A stretch of 64,000 bases of DNA from Deferribacterales bacterium (GTDB lineage Bacteria > Chrysiogenota > Deferribacteres > Deferribacterales > Geovibrionaceae): NCBI GenBank assembly GCA_050251875.1, contig JBFWMA010000001.1, positions 96,001 to 160,000 on the forward strand, given 5' to 3'. Of the stretch, positions 1 through 11,141 are shown piece by piece; positions within the stretch are counted from its first letter, which is position 1; every line of letters begins with the position of its first letter. The notes under the pieces were generated by a model. The model was not told the origin of the DNA. It ran no database searches and was given only the letters and a program-made list of their open reading frames with translations. The position numbers were made by a program, and so were the translations under genes.

Positions 1-2
1 AA

Positions 3-179
3 TATAAAGGCGAAAATTTTCATGTGGCTGAGCTGTATAAAGGACTGTGCGAAAACGGCGAGTGCGCCGTGGCGCATGACGGTCATTCGCTCTATTATGA
101 CGATGACCACCTGTCTGTATACGGAGCTGAGCTGGCAGTGGAAAGGAGCGCCGACATGATAAAAGAAGCGCTTAAATGA
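3..179 (+). CDS. 3' end (partial) of an acyltransferase-3/SGNH O-acetyltransferase paralog
   Basis: Manual translation YKGENFHVAELYKGLCENGECAVAHDGHSLYYDDDHLSVYGAELAVERSADMIKEALK* resembles the C-terminus of the next gene (CPDGRCVSEADGRSLYSDDNHLSPFGS), including the DxxH motif. The stop overlaps the next ATG (ATGA). Confidence 0.8.
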   Translation, partial: YKGENFHVAELYKGLCENGECAVAHDGHSLYYDDDHLSVYGAELAVERSADMIKEALK

Positions 180-2146
180 AATACAGAACGGACATAGACG
201 GTCTTCGCACGATGGCGATTCTCCCGGTGATATTCTATCACGCCGGGATGAATATTTTCTCCGGCGGATATGTGGGCGTGGATATCTTCTTTGTGATATC
301 AGGTTACCTCATCACATCCATCATAGTGAAAGAGCTGAACGATGACAGATTTACAATAGCGAACTTCTATGTCAGGCGAGTTAAGCGTATCTTTCCGGCT
401 CTCTATTTTCTTCTTAGTTTTACATTCATATTATCATTTTTCAGCCTGATGCCCGCCCACTTCGAGGCGTTCGGCAAGAGTGTTGTTTCCACTGTCCTCT
501 TCAGCTCGAATATACTGTTCTGGAGCGAGAGCGGCTATTTCGAATCAGCTGCTGAGACCAAACCCCTGCTCCATACATGGTCGCTTGGGGTAGAGGAACA
601 GTTCTATATCTTTTTCCCCGTGATACTGATGCTGGTGGCGAGATACGGCAGTAAGAAATACATCCGCTGGGCGCTTGGCATATTTATAATCTCTCTTGGT
701 TTCAGCGTGTGGTCTGCTTCGGCTCATCCGGAGGCAGGATTTTATCTGATCCCTTTCAGGTCGTGGGAGCTGATGATCGGCGCTCTGATAGCGCTGGGAT
801 TCTATTATAAGACCGACAAGCCTCTGCATAAACATATCATGTCCGTTACGGGCTTTGTGATGCTGCTTATGAGCATATTTATGTTTGATAAATCCACTCC
901 GTTTCCCAGCTACAGAGCGCTTTTGCCCTGTGTGGGTACGGCGCTTATAATAATCAGCGAGGGCGGTATAATCAACCGTATGCTTAGCTGGCGACCTATA
1001 GTGTGGATAGGTCTTCTTTCCTATTCACTTTATCTGTGGCACTGGGTTCTTTTCGCTCTCAGAAACTACTGGGAGAACGTGCATATTCCGGAGTTCTATA
1101 AGTCTAACCTTTTTCTGATATTCCTTACGTTCGCTTTCGCCTCCTTTTCATATTATGTGGTGGAGAAACCCCTTAGGGTGGCGAAGATTCAGCGGAAGAG
1201 ACTGTTCTTCAGCGTGACGTTTGCCGTTATGGCTGTGTTCACCCTGATAGGCGGATACACTGCCTATGACAAGGGTATGCCCGGAAGGATTCCGGACGTG
1301 GCGCTGGAATATACCAAGAGCTACAAAAGCGCCTTTGAAATACCCGCATGTTACGGATACGCTCCGGAGAAAGTGACATATGACGGTCTGTGCCGTCTGG
1401 GGGATAAAGACGCCGAACCCTCTTTCATCCTGTGGGGGGATTCCCACGCTCTCGTTTTCAGCGATGGATTCGACAAGCTGGCGAAAGAACAGAAAAAAGC
1501 GGGTATATTGGCTGTGCGGGCGGCGTGCGCTCCTCTATTGGGCGTGACACGTCCTTCCAAACCGAAATATTTTAAATGTATCGAGTTCAATGACAGAATA
1601 GCGGAGATAATCCGTGATAATAAAAATCTGAAAAATGTTCTGATATCAGCCAGATGGGAGAGCGGGGCGGAGGGTGACGCATGGCATTTTCTGCTGAGCG
1701 ATGCCGAGACGCCGAAACCGTCCAAAGAGGAGAGCTTCAGGGCATATGACAGAGGGATAGAGAGAACGGTGAAGCTGGTGACCGGGCTGGACAGAGAGCT
1801 GAGCTTTATCATGGATAACCCGGAGTTCGCCTATGACGTTCCCAGAGAGCTGGCGAAACAGTCCGTTCTGAAATATTATCTGCCCGCTCTGGCAGGCAGT
1901 GCCGGGGTTTTCAGCCCCTATGAGAGATATGAGGAGAGAAACGCTAAGGTGCTCTCTTCGCTGAACAGGCTGAAAGAAAAATATGATTTCACGATCATAG
2001 ATACCGCTTCCGCGGCGTGTCCGGACGGACGGTGCGTGTCAGAGGCGGACGGAAGAAGCCTCTACAGCGATGATAACCATCTGTCGCCGTTCGGCTCTGT
2101 GTATCTTGTGGAAAAAATGGCGGACATGCTCAAGGGCAGAATTTGA
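176..2146 (+). CDS. OafA-like O-acetyltransferase (acyltransferase_3 plus SGNH domain)
   Basis: YRTDIDGLR, GGYVGVDIFFVISGYLIT and HTWSLGVEEQFY motifs; multiple TM helices; periplasmic GDSHA and DDNH SGNH motifs. Confidence 0.93.
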   Translation: MKYRTDIDGLRTMAILPVIFYHAGMNIFSGGYVGVDIFFVISGYLITSIIVKELNDDRFTIANFYVRRVKRIFPALYFLLSFTFILSFFSLMPAHFEAFGKSVVSTVLFSSNILFWSESGYFESAAETKPLLHTWSLGVEEQFYIFFPVILMLVARYGSKKYIRWALGIFIISLGFSVWSASAHPEAGFYLIPFRSWELMIGALIALGFYYKTDKPLHKHIMSVTGFVMLLMSIFMFDKSTPFPSYRALLPCVGTALIIISEGGIINRMLSWRPIVWIGLLSYSLYLWHWVLFALRNYWENVHIPEFYKSNLFLIFLTFAFASFSYYVVEKPLRVAKIQRKRLFFSVTFAVMAVFTLIGGYTAYDKGMPGRIPDVALEYTKSYKSAFEIPACYGYAPEKVTYDGLCRLGDKDAEPSFILWGDSHALVFSDGFDKLAKEQKKAGILAVRAACAPLLGVTRPSKPKYFKCIEFNDRIAEIIRDNKNLKNVLISARWESGAEGDAWHFLLSDAETPKPSKEESFRAYDRGIERTVKLVTGLDRELSFIMDNPEFAYDVPRELAKQSVLKYYLPALAGSAGVFSPYERYEERNAKVLSSLNRLKEKYDFTIIDTASAACPDGRCVSEADGRSLYSDDNHLSPFGSVYLVEKMADMLKGRI

Positions 2147-2209
2147 ATATATTGTTTTGAAATTATGTAACTTGGGTGTATATATCATCTTATGTGGTGA
2201 CAATATTAA

Positions 2210-2986
2210 ATGAGAATAAGCGTAATTACTGTCGTTAAAAACAACGAAAGAACCATCAGGCAGGCGATTGAATCTACCCTGAATCAGAAGGGAATAGATC
2301 TGGAGTATATCGTTCTTGACGGTATGTCCACTGATAATACGCTGAAAATCATTGATGAATATAAAGATAAAATCACCATATTCAAATCCGAGAAAGACAG
2401 AAACCTCTACCACGCCCTGAACAAGGCGATAGCCATGGCAACGGGCGATGTGGTCGCTATCCTCCATTCTGACGATGTTTACGCCACAGATACTATCCTG
2501 AAAGATGTTGTGGAGAAGTTCAAAGACGGTCACAGCATAGTTTACGGCGATCTGGCTATCGTGCGCCATGACGACACACGGCTCACCGTGCGCAGATGGC
2601 GGAGCGGGCATTTCAAAAAATATAAAATGTATCTGGGATGGATGCCTCCGCATCCGGCTTTTTTCGTTCGCAGAGACCTTTATGACAGATACGGCATGTT
2701 CGACACGGATATCAGGATATCCGCCGACTATGACCTGATGCTGAGGTTCATGGTGAACGAAGGGCGCTCCTCCTGCTATCTGGACAGGCTGATAGTAAAA
2801 ATGCGGGCGGGCGGAACCAGCAACAACACTCCCCTGAACATTTTCCGCAAGATGAGCGATGACTACAGAGTGGTTAAAAGGCACAATCTGGCGGGGCTCT
2901 TCACCATGGTTATGAAGAAGCTGAGCAAGGTTCATCAATACGCTCAGGTGGACAACCTGAAGGCAAGCGGAAAACGGGCTAAATAA
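2210..2986 (+). CDS. Glycosyltransferase family 2 (WcaE-like)
   Basis: ISVITVVKN, DGMSTDNT, HSDD, PPHPAFFVR and ADYD GT-A motifs. Confidence 0.9.
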   Translation: MRISVITVVKNNERTIRQAIESTLNQKGIDLEYIVLDGMSTDNTLKIIDEYKDKITIFKSEKDRNLYHALNKAIAMATGDVVAILHSDDVYATDTILKDVVEKFKDGHSIVYGDLAIVRHDDTRLTVRRWRSGHFKKYKMYLGWMPPHPAFFVRRDLYDRYGMFDTDIRISADYDLMLRFMVNEGRSSCYLDRLIVKMRAGGTSNNTPLNIFRKMSDDYRVVKRHNLAGLFTMVMKKLSKVHQYAQVDNLKASGKRAK

Positions 2987-3033
2987 TTCAAATAAAGTGT
3001 TGCATCTTTTTGTTATTTGGCAAAAAATAGATA

Positions 3034-4338
3034 ATGAAAAGTAAGAACAGACTGTTCATGCAGCTCATCGCTGTTTTAGACATAATCGTATTTCTCGGCA
3101 CGGCTAAACTGCTGCCGTATATATCATCTTATGATATTATCATCGGCGTGATGCTGTTGATTTTTCTGCTGATGCTCTATGTCGCCGGGTTCTATTCTTT
3201 CAAACACAGCAGATCGTTCAAATTCGCCTCAACTTTCATCGCTCTTCTGGCTGTTTTCGATGCCGCCAACGTCATTGTGCAGTACGTTTTTCTTTACAAT
3301 CTGGTTTACGGGCGCAAGGTGCTCATTCTGTTCGACATCATCCTGTTCATCTATTTCACCTACAGGTGGGTGATAATCAACCGCAGGGTTATCAACAGTA
3401 AAATGCCCGTTTACATGCTCTGTTCCGGCAAATCTTCCGACATCGCCGGAAAGATTCAGAGCGAGAAGGTTCTGGTGAGCATGGGGCTTGTGTATAAAGG
3501 GATATGTGTTTATGACGGCGCCTTTTATGACGAGGATAAAAAAGAGCTGGCGCTCACCGACTGCATCATAATAATCGACCGTCTGGAAAATTATGACGAT
3601 TCTGTTCAGCAGGCGATCTTTATGACTAAGATAAACGGCGGATCGCTCATGTCTTATGAGGATTTCTGCGAAGTGTTTCTGGAAAAAATCCCCGTGGAAA
3701 CCATCACAGATGAATGGCTTATCCTCTCCAGAGGATTCGAGAATATATTTAACAATTTCTACATCAGGGCGAAGAGGCTTTTTGATGTGGCGGTCTCTCT
3801 TTTCGGGCTGATGCTGGCATCGCCGATCCTTCTGGTGTCCGCTGTCATGATTAAGCTGGATTCGAAGGGACCTGTTATTTTCAGCCAGACCAGAAGCAGT
3901 GTGCACGGCAACGTCTTTACCATACACAAGCTGCGCACCATGACGTGTGACGCTGAAAAAGACGGGGCGCAGTGGGCTGTGAAAAACGACTGCCGGATAA
4001 CGAAAATCGGAAACTTTCTCAGAAAGACCAGAATAGACGAGATCCCTCAGCTTTATAATGTTCTGAAAGGCGATATGAGCTTTATCGGACCCAGACCGGA
4101 GAGACCGGAGTTTGACAAGGATCTTCAGCAGGAGATTCCTTACTATATGCTCAGATATCTGGTGAAGCCGGGGCTGACAGGCTGGGCGCAGGTGAATCAT
4201 GGATACGGCGCCAGCATCGAGGATTCCAAGATCAAGCTGATGTACGATCTGTATTACATCAAAAACTATTCGTTCCTTCTGGACTTTCGGATAATCCTGA
4301 GGACTCTTCACATAGTCCTGTTCGGCAAGGGCAGATAA
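3034..4338 (+). CDS. Polyprenyl-phosphate sugar phosphotransferase (WbaP/WcaJ family)
   Basis: N-terminal TM helices; KRLFD, KLRTM, RIDEIPQLYNVLKGDMSFIGPRPE, KPGLTGWAQV and YDLYYI motifs. Confidence 0.93.
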   Translation: MKSKNRLFMQLIAVLDIIVFLGTAKLLPYISSYDIIIGVMLLIFLLMLYVAGFYSFKHSRSFKFASTFIALLAVFDAANVIVQYVFLYNLVYGRKVLILFDIILFIYFTYRWVIINRRVINSKMPVYMLCSGKSSDIAGKIQSEKVLVSMGLVYKGICVYDGAFYDEDKKELALTDCIIIIDRLENYDDSVQQAIFMTKINGGSLMSYEDFCEVFLEKIPVETITDEWLILSRGFENIFNNFYIRAKRLFDVAVSLFGLMLASPILLVSAVMIKLDSKGPVIFSQTRSSVHGNVFTIHKLRTMTCDAEKDGAQWAVKNDCRITKIGNFLRKTRIDEIPQLYNVLKGDMSFIGPRPERPEFDKDLQQEIPYYMLRYLVKPGLTGWAQVNHGYGASIEDSKIKLMYDLYYIKNYSFLLDFRIILRTLHIVLFGKGR

Positions 4339-4440
4339 GACTTCAGGATGAAGTCCGCGCAGCGTGAGCGGAATGAGGCTTAGCTGAAATGGAGCGTTAT
4401 CAAAAAAATTACAGGACGTAATTTTTTTGTAAAAGTAATC

Positions 4441-4497
4441 AATTTTCGTATAATCCTGAGGACTCTTTATATAGTCCTGTTCGGAAAAGGAAGGTAA
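4441..4497 (+). repeat. Stranded diverged duplicate of the last 19 codons of the sugar transferase gene (copy of 4282-4338)
   Basis: 48/57 nt identical; translates NFRIILRTLYIVLFGKGR* versus DFRIILRTLHIVLFGKGR*. Confidence 0.9.
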
Positions 4498-4508
4498 AAG
4501 CAATTTTT

Positions 4509-4598
4509 GTCATTACGAGGAGCGCCAGCCGAAGGCTGAGTAGCGACGTGGTAATCTCTGTGGTGAGATTGCCTCACCCGTAAAGGGTTCGCAATGAC
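4509..4598. repeat. Pair of GTC-tagged REP-like palindromic units (tail-to-tail)
   Basis: GTCATTACGAG...GTAATCTC (4509-4558) and inverted GAGATTGCC...GCAATGAC (4565-4598), between convergent genes. Confidence 0.85.
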
Positions 4599-4604
4599 GG
4601 AAAT

Positions 4605-5492
4605 CTATATCCCAAAGTAGTCTTTCGTCTTTTCGCTTCTGCTGATAATCCCCATCATGTTGTAAACAAGCTGAGCGGCGGTGAAATCAGCGCTGTGCAG
4701 ATCCTCCATCGGGGCGTATTCCAGCACGTCAAAACCTATAACCGTTCTCTGTCTGGCGATGGATTCTATCAGCCACATGCACTGATACCATGTGAGACCG
4801 CCCGGAACTGGCGTCCCTGTGGCAGGCATAATTGACGAGTCCAGAGCGTCTATGTCGAATGTTATAAAGACTTTTTCAGGAAAATCAGCGGGCAGACGAA
4901 AAGCGTCCACACCCAGTCTGTGCACGTCCTCGGCGTCCATGTACGGGATTTTGTTATGAAGCCTGAGCTGGTGTTCATCCAGACAATAGCTTCTGGTGCC
5001 AAGCTGATAGATCGGGATTTTTTTGTCTACCAGACGTTTCATAACGCATGCGTGGCTGTATTTTGACCCTTCGTAGCTGTCTCTCAGGTCTGCGTGCGCA
5101 TCGAACTGCACCACGCCGAAGCTGTCGTAGCGCTCCAGCAGAGCGTCCGCCACGCCGCCTGTTACTGTATGTTCGCCGCCCAGAACCACCGGCATTTTGC
5201 CCGCTGCCAGGCAAACCTCAACAGCGGTTTTTACATTTTGCAGTGCTTCTTCGTGGCTTCCATCGCAGTCCACAGCGGGGGCTGTGTAGATGCCGTATTT
5301 TGCCGGAAGGCTTTTTCCGTCAAATACTTCCAGCTGGCAGGATGCCTCTATGATAGCCTCAGGTCCTTCGGCTGTGCCGGAACCGTATGATACAGATTTT
5401 TCATAAGGTACGGGTATTATGTGAAAAAGTGATGTTTCAGGATTTCCCTGCGGAACGTCATCACCGTGAAAAGTAATGGGGGAATCTGTCAT
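4605..5492 (-). CDS. speB: Agmatinase
   Basis: Ureohydrolase motifs GGEHT, DAHADL and DIDALD...PATGTP; located in a polyamine operon. Confidence 0.92.
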   Translation of the reverse strand: MTDSPITFHGDDVPQGNPETSLFHIIPVPYEKSVSYGSGTAEGPEAIIEASCQLEVFDGKSLPAKYGIYTAPAVDCDGSHEEALQNVKTAVEVCLAAGKMPVVLGGEHTVTGGVADALLERYDSFGVVQFDAHADLRDSYEGSKYSHACVMKRLVDKKIPIYQLGTRSYCLDEHQLRLHNKIPYMDAEDVHRLGVDAFRLPADFPEKVFITFDIDALDSSIMPATGTPVPGGLTWYQCMWLIESIARQRTVIGFDVLEYAPMEDLHSADFTAAQLVYNMMGIISRSEKTKDYFGI

Positions 5493-6666
5493 GCCAGTCT
5501 GCTCCTGTAATCTTCGTAGCCGAACTTTCTCACTATGTCGAAAGTTCCTCTCTCAAGACTGAAAGTGACGAGGTCGGGAAGTTCAACCCCGTTGAAATTA
5601 GTGTTTTTTACAAATGAATAGAGCGCCATGTCGGTGAAGACCAGCCTTTGCCCAATCTTAAGTGGTTCGTCAAAGGAATATGTGCCGATAAAATCCCCAG
5701 CCAGACATGAGATACAGCCTACCTTGCATGTGTTTGCTTTTTCACCCGCTTCTCCGGCGCCGACAAGATGGGGACGGTATGGCATCGCCAGAACGTCCGG
5801 CATGTGCGTTTCCGCTGATGAGTCGGCTATGGCTATGTCCACGCCGTTGTGTATTTTGTCCAGAACCTGAGTGATGAAAACTCCGGCGTTAAGCACCACA
5901 GCCTCGCCCGGTTCCAGATAAACGCTTATATCGTTGTGGCGTCTGCGGAAATCGTTAACTGTTTTTATCAGCAGGTCGATGTCGTAATCGTCACGGGTAA
6001 TGTGGTGTCCGCCGCCGAAGTTAATCCACTCCATGCGGTCTATCAGATGCCCGAAACGCTTTTCAAAACTCTCAAGCACTCTAACCAGAACGTCCGAGTT
6101 CTGCTCGCACATGGCGTGAAAATGCAGACCGGATATGCCTGTGAGGTCAACGCCGTCCAGATCTTCTGGGTTCACTCCGAAGCGTGAGCCTGGTACGCAT
6201 GGGTTGTAGAGGTCTACCTCCACTTCCGCATGTCCGGGGTTGCATCTGATGCCGACTTCGATGTTTCTGCCCGATGCCTTTACAGCGTCTCTGTGGGCGT
6301 GCCACTGGCTGACGCTGTTGAACACTATATGGTCGCTGAACTGTATCGTTCTCTGCATCTGGTCGGGCGTGAAGGCGGGGGAGTAGGTATGTACCTCGCC
6401 GTTAAAATCCTCTCTGCCCATCTGCGCCTCTATGGGTCCGCTGGCGCAGACGCCGTGCAGATATTTTCTGATGATCGGAAATACCTTCGGCAGTGCGAAC
6501 GCCTTCATGGCGAGCAGTATTTTTGCTCCCGTGGCTTTCTGCACGCTGTCGAGTATCTCGCAGTTTCTTTTTATCACATCTTCGCTGATGAGATAGCAGG
6601 GGGTGCCGGCTCTGTCCGTTACCGCCTGCGGAAAATCTTTCAGCGCCTGTATGTCTTTGTTGTTCA

Positions 6667-6667
<1 letters not shown>
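5489..6667 (-). CDS. nspC: Carboxy(nor)spermidine decarboxylase
   Basis: Fold-III PLP enzyme with LLAMKAF, YNPC..GSRFG, HFHAMCEQ, EPGEA, CLAGD and VKNTNFNG motifs. Confidence 0.93.
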
Positions 6668-7884
<1,217 letters not shown>

Positions 7885-7922
7885 AATCTATTCTCCTTAA
7901 AACTTATTTATTCTTTATGTGT

Positions 7923-7993
7923 GAGATTGCTTCACTGCGTTCGCAATGACATTCAGAGCGTCATTGCGAGGAGCGTAGCGACGCGGCAATCTC
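7923..7993. repeat. Pair of GTC-tagged REP-like palindromic units (head-to-head)
   Basis: GAGATTGC...GCAATGAC (7923-7950) and GTCATTGCGAG...GCAATCTC (7960-7993); touches the speA stop codon. Confidence 0.85.
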
Positions 7994-9920
7994 AGTCTTC
8001 TTTTTCGAAATATGTATAGCCTCTTAAGCCCTCTTCGAATCCGTTGAGGATGTTTTTGCGTTCTTTTCCGCTGATGTATCCCTGCTGAACAGCGTCTTCG
8101 GCTATCTTTTTCAGACGGCGTTTCATGGCGCTGATGTCGTACTCCACATATGAGAGAACCTCGGACACTGTGTCCCCCTCCAGCTCTCTCACCACCTGAT
8201 ATGTTCCGTCCAGATTCACATGGATGGAGACCACGTTGGTGTCGCCGAAAAGGTTGTGCAGGTCGCCCAGAGTCTCCTGATAGGCTCCCACGAGAAACAC
8301 GCCGAGGTAATACTCCTCGTCTTCTTTCAGGTCGTGGAGCATCACGGAGTTATTATCATGGGCAAAACCGGGGAACGAATCTATCTTTCCGTCACAGTCG
8401 CATGTGATGTCGGATATGATCGCCGGGTGCTTGGGCGCTTCGTTCAGTCTGTGTATGGGCATAACGGGAAAAATCTGATTGATCGCCCACACGTCCGGAA
8501 GTGACTGAAACAGTGAAAAGTTCCCATAATATATATCTATAAGTAATTTATCGATGTCTTCCACATCTTTTGGCACATGGGGCATTGTGCTGCCCACTGT
8601 GGATATTTTAACGAGGATATGTTTTACGATGTCTTCCGCTATGGCTCGCTCACGCAGGGATATCTGCCCGTGTTTGAAGAGCTGTCTCGCCTGGTTGCGG
8701 TAGAAGAGGGCATCGTTACAGCACTCCTGAATGGTTTTAGGCGAAACGTCTTTCAGTGTGGTGAGCAGGTTTTCCAGCAGGTCTGTGTTGGTCTTGGGAA
8801 GCTGTTCCGGTATGGGGTGCGGCATGAACGGCGAAACGTCCAGAACATTGAACAGCATCACGGAATAATAGGCGACTGTAACACGCCCGGATTCTGTGAT
8901 GATGATGGGATGCTCAATATTTGCCTTGTCCAGAACGGTTTTTATGGATTCCACTATGTCGTAGCAGTATTCCTCCACGGAATAGTTACGGCTGGAGTGA
9001 TAGTTGGTGTTTGATCCGTCATAGTCCACAGCCAGACCGCCGCCGAGGTCTATGATCCCCATGGGCGCTCCCTCTTTCACCAGCTCCTCATAGATGCGGC
9101 AGGCTTCCATCGCCCCCGCTCTGATGTCTCTGATGTTGGGTATCTGTGAACCGATGTGATAGTGGAGGAGTTTCAGACAGTCCAGCTTGTTCTCCTCTTT
9201 CAGTCTGTCTATAACATCTATCATCTGGCTGATGTTCAGCCCGAAAACGCTGTTGTCCCCGCCGGATTCAGACCACTGACCTTCCGCCTGTGTGGACAGC
9301 TTGACCCTGAGCCCCAGCAGAGGGCGCACTTTCAGCTTTTTCGCTCTTTCCAGAACCAGCTCCACTTCTCCGGGAACTTCTATTACGAAAAAGCACTGAT
9401 AGCCCATCTTCACGGCGTTCAGCCCGAGGTCGATGAACTCTTCGTCCTTGTATCCGTTGCATATCAGGCAGGCGTCACGGTTCTGGAGCATGCTGATCGC
9501 TGCTATCAGCTCCGGCTTGCTGCCCGCTTCCAGCCCGTGGTTGAACTCTCGTCCGAACTCGGAGATAGCCTCCACCACCTGTTCCTGCTGGTTTACCTTG
9601 ATAGGGAAAACACCTTTGTACTGTCCCTGATATCCGGTCTCTTTTATCACCTTGCGGAATGTCTGGTGCAGCAGTTTGATCTGTGATCCCAGAATATTTT
9701 CGATACGGAGGATAACGGGCATGCTCATGCCTCTCTCCTCTATCTCCTGCGCTATGTCATAAAGGCTGATCTGCGTGTTGTTGTCACGCCCGAAGGGTGT
9801 CACGGCGACATCCCCCAGAGGGTTGATAGAGAAGTAGTCAGCTCCCCACTTATTAATGCCGTAGAGGTCGGCGGAGTCCTGAATGGTCCAGTTTTTGCAT
9901 TTTTCGGGGTTGCGCCACAT
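7992..9920 (-). CDS. speA: Biosynthetic arginine decarboxylase
   Basis: FPIKVNQ, GLEAGSKPEL, HIGSQI, DLGGGLAVDYDG, DITCDCDG and GAYQETLGDLHNLFG motifs. Confidence 0.95.
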   Translation of the reverse strand: MWRNPEKCKNWTIQDSADLYGINKWGADYFSINPLGDVAVTPFGRDNNTQISLYDIAQEIEERGMSMPVILRIENILGSQIKLLHQTFRKVIKETGYQGQYKGVFPIKVNQQEQVVEAISEFGREFNHGLEAGSKPELIAAISMLQNRDACLICNGYKDEEFIDLGLNAVKMGYQCFFVIEVPGEVELVLERAKKLKVRPLLGLRVKLSTQAEGQWSESGGDNSVFGLNISQMIDVIDRLKEENKLDCLKLLHYHIGSQIPNIRDIRAGAMEACRIYEELVKEGAPMGIIDLGGGLAVDYDGSNTNYHSSRNYSVEEYCYDIVESIKTVLDKANIEHPIIITESGRVTVAYYSVMLFNVLDVSPFMPHPIPEQLPKTNTDLLENLLTTLKDVSPKTIQECCNDALFYRNQARQLFKHGQISLRERAIAEDIVKHILVKISTVGSTMPHVPKDVEDIDKLLIDIYYGNFSLFQSLPDVWAINQIFPVMPIHRLNEAPKHPAIISDITCDCDGKIDSFPGFAHDNNSVMLHDLKEDEEYYLGVFLVGAYQETLGDLHNLFGDTNVVSIHVNLDGTYQVVRELEGDTVSEVLSYVEYDISAMKRRLKKIAEDAVQQGYISGKERKNILNGFEEGLRGYTYFEKED

Positions 9921-9956
9921 TTATTTATCTCCGTTGTGTGTCATAAATAACATGGG

Positions 9957-9985
9957 AATTTACGAAAAAACTATTCTTATGTCAA
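9957..9985 (-). promoter_or_regulatory. Putative sigma70 promoter of the speA operon
   Basis: Minus strand TTGACA-17 nt-TAAATT about 35 nt upstream of the speA start. Confidence 0.55.
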
Positions 9986-10300
9986 CATAATACTATCATA
10001 TTCTCTGATAAAATGTGGAGGCTTATTATCTTTGTGCGGGTGATTTGACAAAAATTGTAAAAATACGATAAAATTACGGCTAAACATGATAAGCTGTTTA
10101 TATGTCAGCTAAAAATTGCGTATATAACAAAAAATTAACATCGGATAACTGCGGAACTTGTCTAAAAAATAGCTAAAAAGGTAAAAAGACGTGTTTATCC
10201 CGCTCAAAAAAACATAAAAAACGACAAGACTAAGATTTTTATTAATTTTATCGCCGGTCGGGTGTATCATTTTCATGTGATTACCGGGTGAAAGGATGTG

Positions 10301-10327
10301 GTAATACTTTTTCATTTTTTTTATTAC
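10301..10327. promoter_or_regulatory. Putative NikR-type operator
   Basis: Palindrome GTAATA-N15-TATTAC with an AT-rich spacer, about 60 nt upstream of the Ni/Co transporter operon. Confidence 0.5.
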
Positions 10328-10385
10328 TTTATGTGTTATGATTAATATGGTCTTGATGACTATATTTTGTACCCGGAGGGAATCG

Positions 10386-11141
10386 ATGAAACGTACCGCT
10401 TTATTTTTAACTGTTTTTCTGTTCGCTGTTCAGGCTTTCGCCCACTTTCAGGTGTTAATGCCCGAAACCGATGTTGTAACACCGAAAAAAAAGTCTATTA
10501 TGTTTAATATGCTCTTCACGCATCCTTTCGAGCAGGGACCCGTGATGGAGATGGTGAAGCCGAAAGCCGCCGATGTTTATTTCAAAGGGAAGAAAGAGAG
10601 CATTATGCCTCTTCTTAAACAGAAAAAGGTTGAGGGAAAATCCGCGTGGGATTTTGCGTATACCTTTAAAAAACCCGGAGACTATATCTTCACCGTGACT
10701 CCTGATTATTATTTCGAGCCTGCGGAAGAGACTTTTATACAGCACATCACAAAAGTTGTCGTGAACGGATTCGGCATGGAAGAGGGCTGGGACGCTCCCG
10801 TGGGACTGAAGGCGGAGATAGTTCCCCTCACACGTCCTTATGGGCTGTGGAAAGGCAACGTATTCACCGGACAGGTGCTTTATAAAGGAAAACCCGTGGC
10901 GGGAGCCGAGGTCGAGGTGGAGCTTTATAACACTAAAAAACTGCACGCCCCCACAGACGCTCACATCACACAGGTGGTTAAGGCGGATAAAAACGGCGTA
11001 TTCAGCTATGCCATGCCTTATGACGGCTGGTGGGGCTTCGCCGCTCTGATAGAAGATGACGTTACTATAAAAAAAGACGGTAAAGCATATCCGGTGGAGC
11101 TGGGTGCTCTCATCTGGGTGAAGGCTTACGGAGAGAAATAA
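10386..11141 (+). CDS. Periplasmic DUF4198 / NikK-like component of a Ni/Co ECF transporter
   Basis: Signal peptide ending AFA followed by His (AHFQ); FTHPFE, YYFEPAE and GWWGFAAL. Start moved to ATG 10386 after GGAGG. Confidence 0.8.
   Translation: MKRTALFLTVFLFAVQAFAHFQVLMPETDVVTPKKKSIMFNMLFTHPFEQGPVMEMVKPKAADVYFKGKKESIMPLLKQKKVEGKSAWDFAYTFKKPGDYIFTVTPDYYFEPAEETFIQHITKVVVNGFGMEEGWDAPVGLKAEIVPLTRPYGLWKGNVFTGQVLYKGKPVAGAEVEVELYNTKKLHAPTDAHITQVVKADKNGVFSYAMPYDGWWGFAALIEDDVTIKKDGKAYPVELGALIWVKAYGEK

Noticed and set aside
4282..4497. Possible diversity-generating retroelement VR/TR pair, or attL/attR sites
   Set aside because: Differences are not confined to adenines of one copy and are mostly synonymous. 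No reverse transcriptase or integrase is present in the window.
3229..4503. 424-aa antisense ORF with an internal repeat (EQDY.KSPQDY)
   Set aside because: Antisense to the sugar transferase. The repeat is only the reverse reading of the duplicated 3' end.
10045..10315. Candidate promoter TTGACA-18-TAAAAT, possible sRNA, and a 68-aa minus-strand ORF in the speA-nik spacer
   Set aside because: AT-rich region where such matches arise by chance. I saw no stable structure, terminator, RBS or protein motif.
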